60,553 nucleotides of DNA from positions 1 through 60,553 of the forward strand of contig JACOYL010000010.1 in the NCBI GenBank assembly GCA_016181895.1, written 5' to 3'. Below the pieces are notes generated by a model, which saw only the letters and a list, made by a program, of their open reading frames with translations, did not search any database and was not told the DNA's origin. Below are positions 58,121 to 60,553 of the stretch, one piece after another; within the stretch, counting starts at the first letter, position 1; every line of letters begins with the position of its first letter. Source of the stretch: Candidatus Pacearchaeota archaeon (GTDB lineage Archaea > Nanobdellota > Nanobdellia > Pacearchaeales > GW2011-AR1). Both the position numbers and the translations under genes were made by a program.

Positions 58121-58227
58121 TCGATCCTCTGCGCGAAATATGCGGATATGATAAATCCTTCTCCGTTTAAATATTTAACTAAGACAATCATGAATTTATT
58201 TGAAGAGTTTCTTTCTTTATAATATTT
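58117..58227 (-). pseudogene. C-terminal fragment of the YLNGEG-type toxin
   Basis: KYYKERNSSNKFMIVLVKYLNGEGFIISAYFAQRIE*; ATGA overlap with the antitoxin. Confidence 0.7.
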
Positions 58228-58360
58228 CTCTTGGGTCTAATTCTCCTGTTTTTAACCCTTGGATTATTTTCTCAAATTCTTCATAAACTTTATCAGGAAG
58301 ATTGTTAATTTTTTTATTAATTTCTTCGGAGAATTCAATCTTCCATTTTTTATTTTTCAT
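58217..58360 (-). pseudogene. N-terminal fragment of a RelE-like toxin (47 aa)
   Basis: MKNKKWKIEFSEEINKKINNLPDKVYEEF..., truncated. Confidence 0.5.
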
Positions 58361-58444
58361 AAAAAATTAACATAATTATATTATAAAAATATTTAGGGAT
58401 TGTAAAAAGGGATAAACGTGAAAGAGTTTATGATTAACAAGAAC

Positions 58445-58759
58445 TTATTTCCCCACCATCTTCCCCAACTCGCCTTTCCCAGCGAGTTCAACCAATATAT
58501 CGGCTCCGCCGATGAATTTTCCATTGACGAATAATTGCGGAATCGTCGGCCAGTTCGCGTATTCTTTCACGCCTTCGCGAATTGAATTGTCCGAAAGAAC
58601 ATCGAATGATTCAAACTGAATTCCCAAATCCTTTAATGTGTCCGCAGATTTCATTGAAAATCCGCACATAGGATTCTCAGGGGTTCCCTTCATGAAAAGA
58701 AAAACCTTGCTTGATTTTATCAGATTCTCTATCTGTTTTTTTGTTTCTGTCGTTAACAT
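58445..58759 (-). CDS. grxD: monothiol glutaredoxin (Grx4 family)
   Basis: FMKGTP..PMCGFS, WPTIPQLFV.G.FIGGAD. Confidence 0.95.
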   Translation of the reverse strand: MLTTETKKQIENLIKSSKVFLFMKGTPENPMCGFSMKSADTLKDLGIQFESFDVLSDNSIREGVKEYANWPTIPQLFVNGKFIGGADILVELAGKGELGKMVGK

Positions 58760-58767
58760 TTTAATTT

Positions 58768-58941
58768 TTATTGTTTAATGTAAGCGCACAAGACAACATC
58801 TGGTTTTTTAATTCCTCTGAAATACCTGCATATCGAGATATTTTTAATCGCGCATTTGTGTTCATTAGTATTTTCTTCTTCATTCCAAGGACACTTATCT
58901 TGTTCCCAACTTACATCAGCAGGCAACAAATCAATATCCAT
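58768..58941 (-). CDS. small 4-Cys protein (57 aa) between bolA and grxD
   Basis: AAAGGTGG SD; MDIDLLPADVSWEQDKCPWNEEENTNEHKCAIKNISICRYFRGIKKPDVVLCAYIKQ. Confidence 0.7.
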   Translation of the reverse strand: MDIDLLPADVSWEQDKCPWNEEENTNEHKCAIKNISICRYFRGIKKPDVVLCAYIKQ

Positions 58942-58981
58942 ATTTCCACCTTTTAACTTATTTATTTTTTTTTCATCTCAT

Positions 58982-59209
58982 TTACTCCTTTGTTTCAATC
59001 GACAAGGAATGTAGGTTTTTATTTTTAAAATCTTCCTTTAAAACGTCAAGAACCATCCTGTGCTGTTCAACAAGCGATTTATTCAGGAATTTTTTGTTCT
59101 TCACAATCGCCTTGTAATGCATTCCGTCGTTTCTTTCATCAATGATTTCAACCTTGGATCCCAAAAGATTCTTCTCAATTTTTTCTTTTAATTCTTGAGG
59201 ATTTGTCAT
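58982..59209 (-). CDS. bolA: BolA/IbaG-family protein
   Basis: DGMHY, F....LVEQHRMV..VL, LHSLSI. Confidence 0.9.
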   Translation of the reverse strand: MTNPQELKEKIEKNLLGSKVEIIDERNDGMHYKAIVKNKKFLNKSLVEQHRMVLDVLKEDFKNKNLHSLSIETKE

Positions 59210-59240
59210 ATCAATAACTATTGTTAATATTTATAGATTT

Positions 59241-59399
59241 TTCGCTCGCCTTCGGCTCGCTTATTAATTGCTTCGCGTCGGAATTCTTCACGATGTTCAG
59301 CCGATATGAAAATTGATAATGAAGAAAATTTTATCGCAAGACCAATAATTGATGAACTAGGTTTTTGCATTATCACTCAGTTTTCTTGGGGTGGGTGAG
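59241..59399. repeat. dispersed intergenic element, copy 4
   Basis: TTCGCTC at 59241, GCC-TTCG-GC hairpin, TTTTGCATTATCAC at 59363, GTGGGTGAG at 59391. Confidence 0.45.
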
Positions 59400-59517
59400 T
59401 GCTTTGATTTTGACTGTCTTTAAAATTAATAACAAAATCGGGGCGCAAGTGGGGGTAGAAATTTATTTTCGCATTTTTCGCATAAATCTTTAAAAACAAA
59501 CTTTATTTTGATTTCAT

Positions 59518-60186
59518 ATGCTGAAACTTGGAATTGACGATGCGGGGCGAGGCCCTGTTATTGGTCCCATGGTTCTCGCGGGATGTTTGATTAATGAAGA
59601 AGTTGAAAAGGAATTCAAAAAAATCGGAGTGAAGGACAGCAAGCAATTAACTGATAAAAGAAGGGAGTTTCTTGCTGAGATAATAAGGGAAAAAGCCGAG
59701 ACATTTGAAATTGTCGTCGTTCATCCAGAGGAAATCGACGGGAAAAACAAGGAAGGAATAAATTTGAATGCCGTCGAGGCTTTTGCATGCGCGCAGATAA
59801 TAAACAAAATAAACAAGGGTTTCGGAAAAATAAAAGTCATTCTCGACTGTCCTTCAACAAATTTGGAAAAATGGAAGGATTTTTTGAAAACAAAAATAAA
59901 CAATCTGTCAAATCTTGAAGTTGTCTGCGAGCACAAGGCGGACGTGAATCATATCTCTGTTTCCGCGGCCTCAATTCTTGCAAAAAGCACGAGAGAGAAA
60001 GAAATGTCAAAATTAAAGGAAAAGTACGGAAATGAAATCGGTTCAGGATATTCCTCTGATCCCTTGACGATAAGATTTCTTGAAAACAACATAAGAAAGC
60101 ACGGGCACGACGGAATTTTCAGGAAATCCTGGGCGACTTGGAAGGAAGCCGTGGGAAAACACGAGCAGAAAAAACTGGGGATATGA
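59518..60186 (+). CDS. rnhB: ribonuclease HII
   Basis: GIDDAGRGPVIGPMV, VKDSK, EHKAD, AASILAK, GSGYSSDP. Confidence 0.96.
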   Translation: MLKLGIDDAGRGPVIGPMVLAGCLINEEVEKEFKKIGVKDSKQLTDKRREFLAEIIREKAETFEIVVVHPEEIDGKNKEGINLNAVEAFACAQIINKINKGFGKIKVILDCPSTNLEKWKDFLKTKINNLSNLEVVCEHKADVNHISVSAASILAKSTREKEMSKLKEKYGNEIGSGYSSDPLTIRFLENNIRKHGHDGIFRKSWATWKEAVGKHEQKKLGI

Positions 60187-60202
60187 ATTATTCTTCCCTG
60201 AT

Positions 60203-60526
60203 TTAGCTTTTTAAAATTTTGTATCCTGTTTTAAGATAATCTCCAATCTCCTGCCTGGGAATCCCGGCATTCACAAATTCTATTAATGGGACAAGCGCGT
60301 GTTTGCCGGACAAGGACAATTCATAATGAATCCTTACTCTCCCTTTAACTTCTTCTTCCTTAAGGGGCGGTTTAAAAACAAAAATTATTTCCGAGTCTTT
60401 CAGCAAAATCATCGAGACCAAGTCTCTTATCTCTTTATTATAAGAGGATATTTCATGATGCCCAACAACTCCTTCAACAAAGGGAAGTTCTTTGTTGTTG
60501 TGATTGTAAACCCTCAAAGATTCCAT
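60203..60526 (-). CDS. hypothetical protein
   Basis: 107-aa ORF convergent with rnhB. Confidence 0.5.
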   Translation of the reverse strand: MESLRVYNHNNKELPFVEGVVGHHEISSYNKEIRDLVSMILLKDSEIIFVFKPPLKEEEVKGRVRIHYELSLSGKHALVPLIEFVNAGIPRQEIGDYLKTGYKILKS

Positions 60527-60553
60527 GAAAACTCTTTCATCCGAAACCTTAAA

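Noticed and set aside
1442-59936. Many 60-200 aa ORFs antisense to or nested in long genes (e.g. 5017-5544, 13531-14064, 20424-21041, 27985-28524, 28734-29291)
   Set aside because: Shadow frames of well-supported genes; no motifs or independent start signals

Overview
Archaeal genome window, most likely a DPANN/Nanobdellota lineage such as Pacearchaeota. Evidence: archaeal rpoH-rpoB-rpoA-nusA-rps12-rps7 order, intron-containing tRNAs, Dph5, DTD2, TrmB and mostly SD-less starts. The taxonomy is inferred, not searched. It holds a large dNTP-supply cluster (nrdR, class Ia nrdB/nrdA, MazG-like, split class III nrdD, nrdG, dut, a four-domain thymidylate synthase/dCMP deaminase fusion, trxA) behind tandem NrdR boxes, plus argS, an ALHH-motif ileS and three tRNAs. 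Many small toxin-antitoxin and accessory cassettes are wedged between core genes. The most unusual signal is a set of displaced, codon-preserving copies of gene 3' ends. They lie distal to cargo cassettes at rps7 (two copies), grxD, tRNA-Lys and a toxin gene, and distal to a 32-bp spacer at ileS. A four-copy degenerate repeat also punctuates a cassette array. Together these suggest cargo accretion by 3'-end replacement, with no integrase in the window.
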